Shown one piece after another: positions 50,671 to 59,283 of a stretch of DNA of 60,250 nt; the stretch's first letter is position 1, and each line of letters begins with the position of its first letter. This DNA is from Occultella glacieicola (lineage in GTDB: Bacteria; Actinomycetota; Actinomycetes; Actinomycetales; Beutenbergiaceae). The stretch spans positions 558,001 to 618,250 of the forward strand of contig NZ_SMNA01000001.1 of NCBI RefSeq assembly GCF_004353825.1, given 5' to 3'. The position numbers were made by a program, and so were the translations under genes. The notes below the pieces were generated by a model. That model saw only the letters and a list, made by a program, of their open reading frames with translations, was not told where the DNA came from and ran no database searches.

Positions 50671-51845
50671 GCGTTCCCTCCGAGGAGGGCGTCCAGGGCC
50701 TGCGCGCGTTCGCGGGCCCGGCGGGCGTCGTCCGCGGCGATCGTGCGCACGCTCCCGGTCATCGACGCGATCACAGCGTCCAGGTCGAGTCTGCTCGCGC
50801 GGGTCACCTCGCTCACCCACTCGGCCGGCACCGCGTCCAGCCCGCCCAGGCCGCCGCAGATGGCGGCCGCCATGGTGGCGATCGAGTCGGAGTCCCGGCC
50901 GTAGTTGACGGCGTCCAGGACCGCGCCGCGCAGGTCACCCCGGTGGGCCAGGACCAGCCCGAGGGCGACCGGCAGTTCCTCGATCGACTTCGTCCGAGAC
51001 GGCAGCCGGGCGTCCATCGACGGCGCCCGGTAGGTCTCCCCGACCGTGTCGAAGGGCGCGACGGCGGCACGCACCACCCGGTTCAGCTCCCGTGGGTCCT
51101 CGGCCCCGCCCGTGGCGGTGAAGGTCTCGACCGCGGTGAGCACCGCGTCGATCGCGGCGGCGGTGCCGTCCTTGGCGAGCCTGCGGCACGCCGCCATCAC
51201 GTCGCTCACGCCCGCACCCGGGGTGCACGCGGCGGCGACCGCCGCGGCGAACACCCCGGCGGCCTCCCGGCCGTAGGAGGACTGGTGCGCCGCCGCGAGC
51301 TCGATCGCCTCGGCGTAGGCGCCGTCCGGGTCGCCGAGGTTCACCAGGCCCACCGGTGCCATGTACATGGTGGCGCCGCAGTTGACGATGTTGCCGACGC
51401 CGGCCTCGCGCGGGTCGACATGCCCGTAGTGCAGGCGGGCCACGAGCCACTTCTCGGCGAGGAACACCCGCTGCAGGATGAGGGCTTCGTCCTCCAGCTC
51501 CGGGACCCAGCGCCGCTCGCCGATCATGAGCGGCACGAGGTCGCCGGCGATGTGGAACGCGTCCAGATGGCTGCGCCGTGTCGCGTACACCTCCACGAGC
51601 GCGTGCGTCATGAGGGTGTCGTCCGTGACGTGCCCGTCGCCCTTGTGGTACGGCGCGATCGGGCGTGCGGTGCGCCAGTCCGGCAGGAACGGGCCCACGA
51701 TGCCGGTCACCCGGCCGCCGTGCCGCTCCTCGATCTGCTCGGGGGTCCACCCCTCGGTGGCGCCCCCGAGCGCGTCGCCCACGGCGGCGCCCGCGAGCAC
51801 GCCCGCCACCCGATCCTCCAGCCAGGTCACGCTGGTTGCCTCCAT
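50667..51845 (-). CDS. ADP-ribosylglycohydrolase (DraG/ARH) family protein
   Basis: GAAVGDALGGATEG, TDDT, NCGATM, GRDSDSIATMA. Confidence 0.92.
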   Translation of the reverse strand: MEATSVTWLEDRVAGVLAGAAVGDALGGATEGWTPEQIEERHGGRVTGIVGPFLPDWRTARPIAPYHKGDGHVTDDTLMTHALVEVYATRRSHLDAFHIAGDLVPLMIGERRWVPELEDEALILQRVFLAEKWLVARLHYGHVDPREAGVGNIVNCGATMYMAPVGLVNLGDPDGAYAEAIELAAAHQSSYGREAAGVFAAAVAAACTPGAGVSDVMAACRRLAKDGTAAAIDAVLTAVETFTATGGAEDPRELNRVVRAAVAPFDTVGETYRAPSMDARLPSRTKSIEELPVALGLVLAHRGDLRGAVLDAVNYGRDSDSIATMAAAICGGLGGLDAVPAEWVSEVTRASRLDLDAVIASMTGSVRTIAADDARRARERAQALDALLGGNA

Positions 51846-51935
51846 CGTCGTTCCGTTCCTTCCGGGGGTGCGCGGTGCGTCACCGTGGCGGGCCCCGCCG
51901 CCCGGGAGCGGACGGCGGGGCACTGCGGTCTCGGG

Positions 51936-53225
51936 TCAGCCCCAGCCCTCGGTCAGCTGCTGGGCCAACTGGTCCGCCGTGATCTGGTCCCCGAGGTATT
52001 GCTGCAGGGCCGGGTTCAGCACGGTGTCCTTCCAGGCGGCGTACGCGTCCGCGTGCAGGAACGGGGCGCCGACGAGGCCGTCGGCGCTGGCCAGGATCTG
52101 GTCCCAACCGTTCTCCCCGCCGGTCTCGGTGGCCACGATCTCCCGCGCCGAGGTCGAGGCCGGGATGAGGGCGTCGGCCTGCGCGATCGCGCCGATCGTC
52201 TCGCCCGAGGCGAAGTAGTTCAGGAACGCGGTCGCCTCCTCGACGTGGGCGGAGTCGATGTTCACCGAGTACGTCTGCGGGTTCGCGGCCTGCAGCGCAC
52301 CCTCGGACCCCGCGAGCGGCGGCAGCGTGACCCAGTTCAGGTCCTCGGGGGCGTCGCCCGCCATGTTCGCCGCCTGGAACGAGCCCTGCACGGTCATCGC
52401 CACGGTGCCGCCGTAGAAGGAGGCGAGCACGTCCGAGCCGGACTGGGTCAGGCTGACCGGGTCGAGGGACGCGTCCTCGTACGCCATCTGGTGGATCCGT
52501 TCCGGAACCTCGAGCTCGTTCGGCCCGACCTCGATCTGGACGTCGTCTCCGGAGCCGCTGAAGAAGTCGCCGCCGAAGCCCTGGGCGAGGGTCATCACTG
52601 TCGCCGCGGGCGAGCCCAGACCCCAGCCGAGGCCGTACACGTCGGCCGTGGTCGTGGCCTGCGCGATCTCACGGAGCTGGTCCCAGGTCATCGAGTCACC
52701 GGTGGGCACCTCCACCCCGGCCGCCGCGAGCAGGTCGGCGTTGGCGAACACCATGTAGGACTGCATCGTGGACGGGTAGGCGATGATCTGATCGTTCACG
52801 GTCACCGAGTCCCAGATCCCCTCCGGCACGTCCGCGAGGACCTCGTCGCTGAGCCCGTCGGAAAGGTCGGCGAGGTAGCCGTCACTCGCGAACGGGACGA
52901 TGCTGGCGGCGTCGAAGTGGATGATGTCCGGTGCCGTGCCGCCGGTGAACTGGGTGATCAGCTTGTCGTACGCCCCGTCCCAGCCGGCCTGGAGGATCTC
53001 CACCTGCACGTCCGGGTTGTCGGCGTTCCAGGAGTCGACCGCCGCGCTCACGGCGGCCTGCGCACCCGGCTGGTCGGACAGCGACTGGAACTGCAACGTG
53101 ACGGCGCCGTCCCCACCGTCGCCGTCCTCACCACCCCCACTCGCGCTGCCCTGCTGGCAGCCCGCCAGGGCGAGGGTGCCCGCGCTGAGCAGAGCCAGGG
53201 CGACGATGCCGTGGTTCTTCTTCAT
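51936..53225 (-). CDS. Carbohydrate ABC transporter substrate-binding lipoprotein
   Basis: Lipobox LAGC; GTAPDII; follows two CUT1 permeases. Confidence 0.92.
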   Translation of the reverse strand: MKKNHGIVALALLSAGTLALAGCQQGSASGGGEDGDGGDGAVTLQFQSLSDQPGAQAAVSAAVDSWNADNPDVQVEILQAGWDGAYDKLITQFTGGTAPDIIHFDAASIVPFASDGYLADLSDGLSDEVLADVPEGIWDSVTVNDQIIAYPSTMQSYMVFANADLLAAAGVEVPTGDSMTWDQLREIAQATTTADVYGLGWGLGSPAATVMTLAQGFGGDFFSGSGDDVQIEVGPNELEVPERIHQMAYEDASLDPVSLTQSGSDVLASFYGGTVAMTVQGSFQAANMAGDAPEDLNWVTLPPLAGSEGALQAANPQTYSVNIDSAHVEEATAFLNYFASGETIGAIAQADALIPASTSAREIVATETGGENGWDQILASADGLVGAPFLHADAYAAWKDTVLNPALQQYLGDQITADQLAQQLTEGWG

Positions 53226-53245
53226 GGTTGTCTCTCTTTCCGGGT

Positions 53246-54079
53246 CTAGCCCTTGACGGCACCGGCGAGCATGCCGCCGGTGAGCTTCTTCTGGAGGAAT
53301 CCGAAGACGATCACTGAGGGGATCGTCGCGAGCACGGCGCCGGCCGCGAGCGGACCGAGCTGGGTCTGACCCTCGGCGCCGAGGAAGGAACGCAGCGTGA
53401 TCGGCAGCGTGTACAGCTCCGGGCTCTGCAGCAGCACCAGTGCGAGGAAGAACTCGTTCCACGCCGAGACGAAGGTGAACATCGCCGTCGCCATCAGGCC
53501 CGGGCGCAGCAGCGGGAACACGATGTGCAGCAGCACCCGGAACCGGTTGGCCCCGTCCATGGCGCCGGCGTCCTCGAGTTCGCGGGGGATGGCGGCCACG
53601 TAGCCCTGCATCATCCACAGCGTGAACGGCAGCGTGAACGTGACGTACACGAGGATCAGCCCGAACAGGGTGTCGTTGAGCATCACGGTCCGCAGCACGA
53701 GGAACAGCGGGATGATGATCAGGATCTGGGGGAACACCTGGGTGGCGAGGATCCACACGGTGCCGGCCGCGCGGAGCTTGCCACGCAACCGCGCCAGCGC
53801 ATAGGACATCGGCAGGGTCAGGACGACCCCGAGCACCATCGTGCACACCGCGACCAGGAACGAGTTGGCCGCCGACCGGAGCAGGTTCTGCCGTTCCAGC
53901 GCCTCGGTGAAGTTCGTGAACACCCACTCGTTCGGGATGAGGCTCGCACTGAGCGAGTTGAGCTCGGCCGAGGACTTGAACGAGGCCGAGACGATCCACA
54001 GCACCGGGAACCCGAGGAACAGCAGGAAGCCGGCCAGCAGCACGTACTGCCCGGCCCGCACCCGGGGGCTCGTCCTCAT
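53246..54079 (-). CDS. Carbohydrate ABC transporter permease (MalG-like)
   Basis: IPRELEDAGAMDGA, FVSAWNEF, LTGGMLAGAVKG. Confidence 0.93.
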   Translation of the reverse strand: MRTSPRVRAGQYVLLAGFLLFLGFPVLWIVSASFKSSAELNSLSASLIPNEWVFTNFTEALERQNLLRSAANSFLVAVCTMVLGVVLTLPMSYALARLRGKLRAAGTVWILATQVFPQILIIIPLFLVLRTVMLNDTLFGLILVYVTFTLPFTLWMMQGYVAAIPRELEDAGAMDGANRFRVLLHIVFPLLRPGLMATAMFTFVSAWNEFFLALVLLQSPELYTLPITLRSFLGAEGQTQLGPLAAGAVLATIPSVIVFGFLQKKLTGGMLAGAVKG

Positions 54080-55038
54080 GACCGCCCCTCCTTCTGCTGC
54101 CGGAACTGGACCACGATGTAGACGGAGAGGATCAGCAGGATCGCCAGCACGAGGACGTCGCCCATCGCGGAGGCGTAGCCGATCTCCCGGTTCCGGAACG
54201 CCTCCAGATAGGTGAACAGCGGCGGGATCATGGTCCGACCGCCCGGCCCGCCCTCGGTGAGGACGTAGACGATGCCGAAGTCGTTGAAGTTCCAGATGAA
54301 GTCGATGCTGGTGATCGCGATCAGCACCGAGCGCAGCCCCGGCAGGGTCACGTGCCAGAACCGGCGGGCGCCGTTGGCCCCGTCCATGGCCGCAGCCTCG
54401 TGCAGTTCGGTCGGGATCGACTGCATCCCGGCCAGCAGCAGCACGGTGGTCTGGGGCAGGCCGGACCAGATGCCCACCACGATCACCGCCGGCAGCGCGG
54501 TGGAGAAGTCGCCGAGCCAGTTCACCGGGCCCAGCCCGAACCACCCGAGCGCGGCGTTCAGGGGACCGGAGTTGACGTCGTAGATCATCCGCCAGACGAT
54601 CCCGGTCACCACCGGCGGCATCGCCCATGGGATCAGCACGATGATGCGGGTCAGCGGCTTGAACCGCAGGTTCGCGTTCAACAGCGAGGCCAGGGCCAGC
54701 GCGCAAACCCCGGTGAGGACGGCCACCGAGGTCGCCCAGACGATGCCGATGCCGAACGAGTTCCAGAACGCGGTGTCGCCGGCGAGCTTGACGAAGTTGT
54801 CGAACCCGATGAACTCGATTGTGGCGTTGCGGGCCAGGGTCGCGTTCGTGAACCCGAGCGCGACGCCCACCGCCAGCGGGATCACCGAGAACACGATGAT
54901 CGGCAGCAGCGCCGGGATGACGAGCGCGATCGCCTCGCGCCGCTCCGCGCGCTGCCGGGGACCGCTCGGGCCGCCGGACCGCCTGGACCGTGCGGACCGG
55001 GCGGACGGCGTGGCGACAGCCGCCGTGGCGGCGCTCAC
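54076..55038 (-). CDS. Carbohydrate ABC transporter permease (MalF-like)
   Basis: FIGFDNF, IPTELHEAAAMDGA, LTEGGPG. Confidence 0.93.
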   Translation of the reverse strand: MSAATAAVATPSARSARSRRSGGPSGPRQRAERREAIALVIPALLPIIVFSVIPLAVGVALGFTNATLARNATIEFIGFDNFVKLAGDTAFWNSFGIGIVWATSVAVLTGVCALALASLLNANLRFKPLTRIIVLIPWAMPPVVTGIVWRMIYDVNSGPLNAALGWFGLGPVNWLGDFSTALPAVIVVGIWSGLPQTTVLLLAGMQSIPTELHEAAAMDGANGARRFWHVTLPGLRSVLIAITSIDFIWNFNDFGIVYVLTEGGPGGRTMIPPLFTYLEAFRNREIGYASAMGDVLVLAILLILSVYIVVQFRQQKEGRS

Positions 55039-56084
55039 CGGACCCGCCTCGAGCCGGGCACCGCGGCGGGGCCGCCCGGCCGGGCGGCACCGGCGAGTGC
55101 CGCCGTCGAGCCGCGCTCGTGCAGGGACGGTGCCACCCGCACGGCCCGCGGCGGCAGGTCGCCGTCCTCCATCCGCGCGAGGATCAGCCTGGCCGCCTTG
55201 TGCCCGCGCCGAGCGGCGCCCAGGTCCACGCTGGTCAGGCCGGGGTGGCAGACGTCCGCGAGGGTGGTGTTGTCGATGCCGATCACGGCCAGCTCGTCGG
55301 GCACCGCGATGCCACGCTCGTGGGCGGCGTGCAGGATGCCGATGCCGACGAGGTCGTTGACGGCGATGACCGCGTCCCACTCGTCGGCCGCGAGCATCAC
55401 CCGCGCCGCGGCGTAGCCGGCGTCGATCGTGAAGTCCTCGGCGTGGAACTCGCCGGTCACCACCTCGGTGCGATCCGCCGTCGCCTCCCGGAACCCGAGC
55501 TGCCGGAACCGGCCCGGCGTGGTGTCCACCGGCCCGTTCAGGAACGCGATGCGACGGGCACCGGTGCGGATCAGGTGGTCGACCGCCAGCGCCACGCCGC
55601 CCTCGGAGTCCGCGAGCACGGTGTCCACGCGGGCACCCTCCGGCAGGCGGCCGACGACGACCGTCGGCACGGTGGTCTGCTCGAGGGCCTCGACCAGGGC
55701 CGGGGTCACTCGGAGCGGGGAGAGGATCAGCCCGTCGACGTAGCCCTGGTTGAGGTCACGGACGAGGTCGAGGGTGGCATCGGCGTCTCCGGTCCGGGAG
55801 ACCACCAGGCGATATCCCTCGGCGGCCACGACGGACTCGATCTCGCGCATCATCTCGACGTAGACCGGGTTGCCGATGTCCGCGACGGCGAACGCCAGCT
55901 GTCCGGTGCGGCGCAGTCGAAGGGACCGGGCCGAGGCGTCCGGGATGTACCCGAGTTCGTCCGCGGCCCGGCGCACCCGTTCCACGGTCGCGGCACTCGC
56001 CACCTGCCCGTTCAGTGCCCGCGACGTCGACGCGAGGGAGACGCCGGCTCGGCGTGCCACATCCGCCAGGGTGACCCTGCCCAT
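55035..56084 (-). CDS. LacI family transcriptional regulator
   Basis: VTLADVARRAGVSLASTSRALNG...LGYIPDASARSL...VPDELAVIGIDN. Confidence 0.95.
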   Translation of the reverse strand: MGRVTLADVARRAGVSLASTSRALNGQVASAATVERVRRAADELGYIPDASARSLRLRRTGQLAFAVADIGNPVYVEMMREIESVVAAEGYRLVVSRTGDADATLDLVRDLNQGYVDGLILSPLRVTPALVEALEQTTVPTVVVGRLPEGARVDTVLADSEGGVALAVDHLIRTGARRIAFLNGPVDTTPGRFRQLGFREATADRTEVVTGEFHAEDFTIDAGYAAARVMLAADEWDAVIAVNDLVGIGILHAAHERGIAVPDELAVIGIDNTTLADVCHPGLTSVDLGAARRGHKAARLILARMEDGDLPPRAVRVAPSLHERGSTAALAGAARPGGPAAVPGSRRVR

Positions 56085-56112
56085 CTTCACCTCTGTTCGT
56101 CGTCGAACGGCT

Positions 56113-56142
56113 GTGGAAACGATTCCACTGGAAACGATTTCA
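56113..56142. promoter_or_regulatory. Tandem LacI-type operators
   Basis: GTGGAAACGATTCCAC (56113-56128) and TGGAAACGATTTCA (56129-56142): near-palindromes with central CG just upstream of the LacI gene. Confidence 0.85.
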
Positions 56143-56203
56143 ACCGTAGCATCGGCGATCCGGTCCCGGCAAGGGTGCCGGGTTGCCGGCGACGGGTCCG
56201 GTC

Positions 56204-57091
56204 TCAGTCCTCCAGGTAGAACTGCGCCAGGGGCAGGTCGCGGCAGGCCTGAGGCAGTTCGGCGGGCAGCATGCTCTCGGCGAACTCCCGGTTGCCGTAC
56301 CCGCCGCCGCCGCCGACCACGGAGGTACCGACGGGCACCTCGGTCCCGTTCGGGAACGTCACCGCGAGACCGTCGCCCACCTGGTCGATCGTGGTGCCCG
56401 GCGGGAACGCGGTAAGGGTGAAGTGGTCGTTCGCGAACCGGATGCCGACGCATCCGTCCTCGGTCACCTCCAGCACCCCCTCGATGCGAGCCTGCATGTG
56501 GACCTCGCCGTGGTCCTCGACAAGGACGGGCAGAGGGGCGGCTGCCACGGCGGTCGGACGGAACTGCACCAGCGGTAGGGACCGGCACGCCTGCGGCAGG
56601 TCGTCCGGGAGCAGGGAGTCCACGTAGGCGCGGTCGCCGTACCCGCCGCCGACGCCGGTCACCGGCTCGCCGTCACGGATCCGGGTGCCGTCGGCGAAGT
56701 CCACGAACACGCCGGCGGAGTCGCGGCCGACCTGGGTGCCATGCGGGAACGCGGGCAGGGCCCCCCCGATGACGACGCACCCGTCCGCGGTGACCTCAAG
56801 GGTGCCCACGATGCCCGCCTCCATGACACTCCCCACGGAAGCCGGCTCGACCACGATGACGGGCAGCGCTGCGGGCTCTGTGGGCTCCGCGGGCGGGCTG
56901 GTGCGGTTCGGCCCGCCGAGCTGGACCAGTCCCAGGACCACCGCCACGATCAACGCCACGCCGCTCGCCATGGCCGCGAACGCCGACCGCCGTCGGCCGC
57001 GCCGTCCTCGGGCCACGATCGCCGCCGGGTCGAGATCCGGCTCCGGCAGCGTGGCCGGAGCCTCCCGCAGGAGTTGCTCGACGTCCTTCAT
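56204..57091 (-). CDS. Putative membrane-anchored anti-sigma factor with two repeated extracellular domains
   Basis: Coupled to the ECF sigma gene; ARGRRGRRR then a TM helix; two ~100-aa repeats GxLEVTxDGCV...GGGYG...LPQAC. Confidence 0.75.
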   Translation of the reverse strand: MKDVEQLLREAPATLPEPDLDPAAIVARGRRGRRRSAFAAMASGVALIVAVVLGLVQLGGPNRTSPPAEPTEPAALPVIVVEPASVGSVMEAGIVGTLEVTADGCVVIGGALPAFPHGTQVGRDSAGVFVDFADGTRIRDGEPVTGVGGGYGDRAYVDSLLPDDLPQACRSLPLVQFRPTAVAAAPLPVLVEDHGEVHMQARIEGVLEVTEDGCVGIRFANDHFTLTAFPPGTTIDQVGDGLAVTFPNGTEVPVGTSVVGGGGGYGNREFAESMLPAELPQACRDLPLAQFYLED

Positions 57092-57618
57092 GACTCCTCC
57101 AGACTGTTCTGCCGACCGGCGCGCATGAGGGCGAGGGCCCGCGAGCTCGTCGTCTTGACATTGCTCTCGCTGATCCGCAGTTCCCGGGCCACCACCGCCA
57201 CGGGAAGGTCCAGCACGTAGCGCAGCACGACGACCCGCCGCTGCTGCAGGGACAGCCGGTCGAGCAGTCCGGCCAGTTCGGCGCGGTCCTCGACGGCCGA
57301 CGGCGCCTCCGCCGGCCGGGTCCCGCTCAGGTACTCCTGCAGCGTCGCGGACTCGCGGCTCCGCCGTCGCCAGCGGTCCACTCGCAGGTTCACCAGGGCC
57401 CGGCGGGCGTAGGCGAAGGGGTCGGCGCCGCTACGCCGGATCCGTCGCCAGTGACGGTAGGTACGGGCCAGCACCTCCTGCGTGAGGTCCTCCGCGTCGG
57501 CCGGGTCGAGCGCAAGCGCCCAGGCCGCGCGATAGAGGGCCCCGCCCCGCTCGCGGACGAACGACTCGAACGCGGCGTCCGGGTCCTCGTCGGCGAAGGT
57601 GAGGTCCGGTCCCACCAT
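57088..57618 (-). CDS. ECF sigma factor (Streptomyces SigE-like)
   Basis: AEDLTQEVLARTYRHW...YARRALVN; LSLQQRRVVVLRY...VKTTSSRAL; start uncertain (57615-57651). Confidence 0.92.
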   Translation of the reverse strand: MVGPDLTFADEDPDAAFESFVRERGGALYRAAWALALDPADAEDLTQEVLARTYRHWRRIRRSGADPFAYARRALVNLRVDRWRRRSRESATLQEYLSGTRPAEAPSAVEDRAELAGLLDRLSLQQRRVVVLRYVLDLPVAVVARELRISESNVKTTSSRALALMRAGRQNSLEES

Positions 57619-57653
57619 GACGCCTCCGTCTCGTGTGCGCTCCACACCCACCT

Positions 57654-57680
57654 ACACGCACGCCGTCGCGATGAGGTGAC
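57654..57680 (-). promoter_or_regulatory. Putative autoregulatory ECF promoter GTCACC-N16-CGTGT
   Basis: ECF-like -35/-10 boxes directly upstream of the sigma gene. Confidence 0.45.
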
Positions 57681-57687
57681 AGCGCGG

Positions 57688-58806
57688 TCACCCCATCGGC
57701 AGGACCTGACGCAGCACCCCGGCGCGGACCAGGTCCCGCACGCCGCGGCCCCTGCCCTCCACGTGGAAGCGGATGCCGCCGCCGGGCTGGTCGAACCACG
57801 GTGGCACGATCTCGGCCTGCACCTCGACCGGCTGCACCGCCATCAGGATGATCTCCTGCGCGCCCTCGCCGCCGGCCGCCGGCGGCAGCGAGCGCTGCTC
57901 CCAGGGCGTGCGCCACGGGTAGAAGTAGAGGCCGTCGAGGACGCCGATCCGGTCGTACGGCACTCCGGCGGCGAGGTTCGTGATGATGCCACCGGGGCCT
58001 GCCTGCAGGAGGCGGCGGTGCAGGTCGGCGTAGCTGGCGCCGGCGGCCTGCGCGCGCTGGGCGATCTCCGCCGTCGCGACCCGCAGCGGTTCCGGCATCG
58101 GTGCGGTCAGGTAGCCCCAGACGGTGGCGCACGCGTCCCGCTCGGTGAAGTGTTCGGCGAGGAGCTCGTGCTGGCCGTAGTCCTCGATCTGGACGCCGTA
58201 GTGGCGCGGACCGTAGCGGACCACCTCGATCGTGCCCTCGAGCGCAGCGTTCGGGTCGTCCCCGGGAAGCACGACACCGCGCTGCGGGTACCCGATGGTG
58301 CTCAGCGCCGCACGCAGCCGGGCCGCCTCTTCGCCCTCCACGACGTCCGGGGTCAGCCAGGCCGGCACGTGCTCGCGCTCGCGCGGGTGGCGCCGCAGGT
58401 CCGCGAGCCAGCGCTCGTCCGTCGGCACGGGCGGCTCGTCCGGCGCGTCCAGCATCGAGCCGCCGGTGGCGTTCCAGTAGGGCCGGCGGTCGTAGTTGTA
58501 GATGACCTCGAGCGGGCCCGCCGGCGTGACCGACGCCGCCGCAGACAGCCACGCACCCGTGCTCGGCGTGCTCATCCGCGTCCGCAGCGCGGCGAGCGCA
58601 CTGACGGCGTCGTCCGGCACCCGCACCGCTCGCGGCGCCGCGTGACCGGTGTCGGTCAGGAACGCCCGACCGCTGTGCTGCGTGCCCGCCTGGGACCACT
58701 CGACGTCGATCCGCAGCCAGGCGTGGGTGCCCGCATCGATCGTCGCGGCCGTGATCAAGGCCCGACCCAACTGCTCCGTGAGGTCGGAGAGCGCGTCGGG
58801 TGCCAT
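57688..58806 (-). CDS. TNT (NAD+ glycohydrolase-like) domain protein with N-terminal immunity-like domain
   Basis: C-terminal DRIG...PWEQRSLPP...PWFDQPGGG...VRDLVRAGVL; N-terminal GAWLSA...YNYDRRP...DLRRHPR...VPAWL. Confidence 0.82.
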   Translation of the reverse strand: MAPDALSDLTEQLGRALITAATIDAGTHAWLRIDVEWSQAGTQHSGRAFLTDTGHAAPRAVRVPDDAVSALAALRTRMSTPSTGAWLSAAASVTPAGPLEVIYNYDRRPYWNATGGSMLDAPDEPPVPTDERWLADLRRHPREREHVPAWLTPDVVEGEEAARLRAALSTIGYPQRGVVLPGDDPNAALEGTIEVVRYGPRHYGVQIEDYGQHELLAEHFTERDACATVWGYLTAPMPEPLRVATAEIAQRAQAAGASYADLHRRLLQAGPGGIITNLAAGVPYDRIGVLDGLYFYPWRTPWEQRSLPPAAGGEGAQEIILMAVQPVEVQAEIVPPWFDQPGGGIRFHVEGRGRGVRDLVRAGVLRQVLPMG

Positions 58807-59148
58807 GCCCGGCATTATGCCGCCCGAGTGGCCGGAAACCATCCCGCGCGCGGGGTCACCGCCAACCCGTGGTCGGTCCCGAACGCGACCGCGTACATCC
58901 TGCTTGGGAACGGAGTCGAGGTCGCATCGGGTGAGCCGGCGGCTGCGAGCCCGTCCGCGCAGCAGTTCCAGGTCGAGTTCACCGACCGGGTGCCTGGAGC
59001 CGGGTGCCGGGCACCGGGTACCTAGGAGCGCGTCGTGGAGTCCTCGTACGCGACCGACACGCACAGCCCAGTGCGGTGACCGTCGTCGTCGAGGAGCCGC
59101 CGCCTGCCGCCGTGTTCGCACTCTCCACAAGTGGTGGTTCGCACTCGT

Positions 59149-59183
59149 TGCGCCACTGACCCGGCTCCCGGGTCAGTGGCGCA
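59149..59183. terminator. Perfect 16-bp hairpin downstream of the HNH gene
   Basis: TGCGCCACTGACCCGG-CTC-CCGGGTCAGTGGCGCA. Confidence 0.75.
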
Positions 59184-59283
59184 TGGCGCTGAACCGCCCG
59201 TCGCGGTCCCTGCCGGGTGAGCCGCGGTCGCTGGGCACGCGGTCGCTCTGCCGTGCTGTCCAGAGCAGGCGCGAGCCGTGGTG

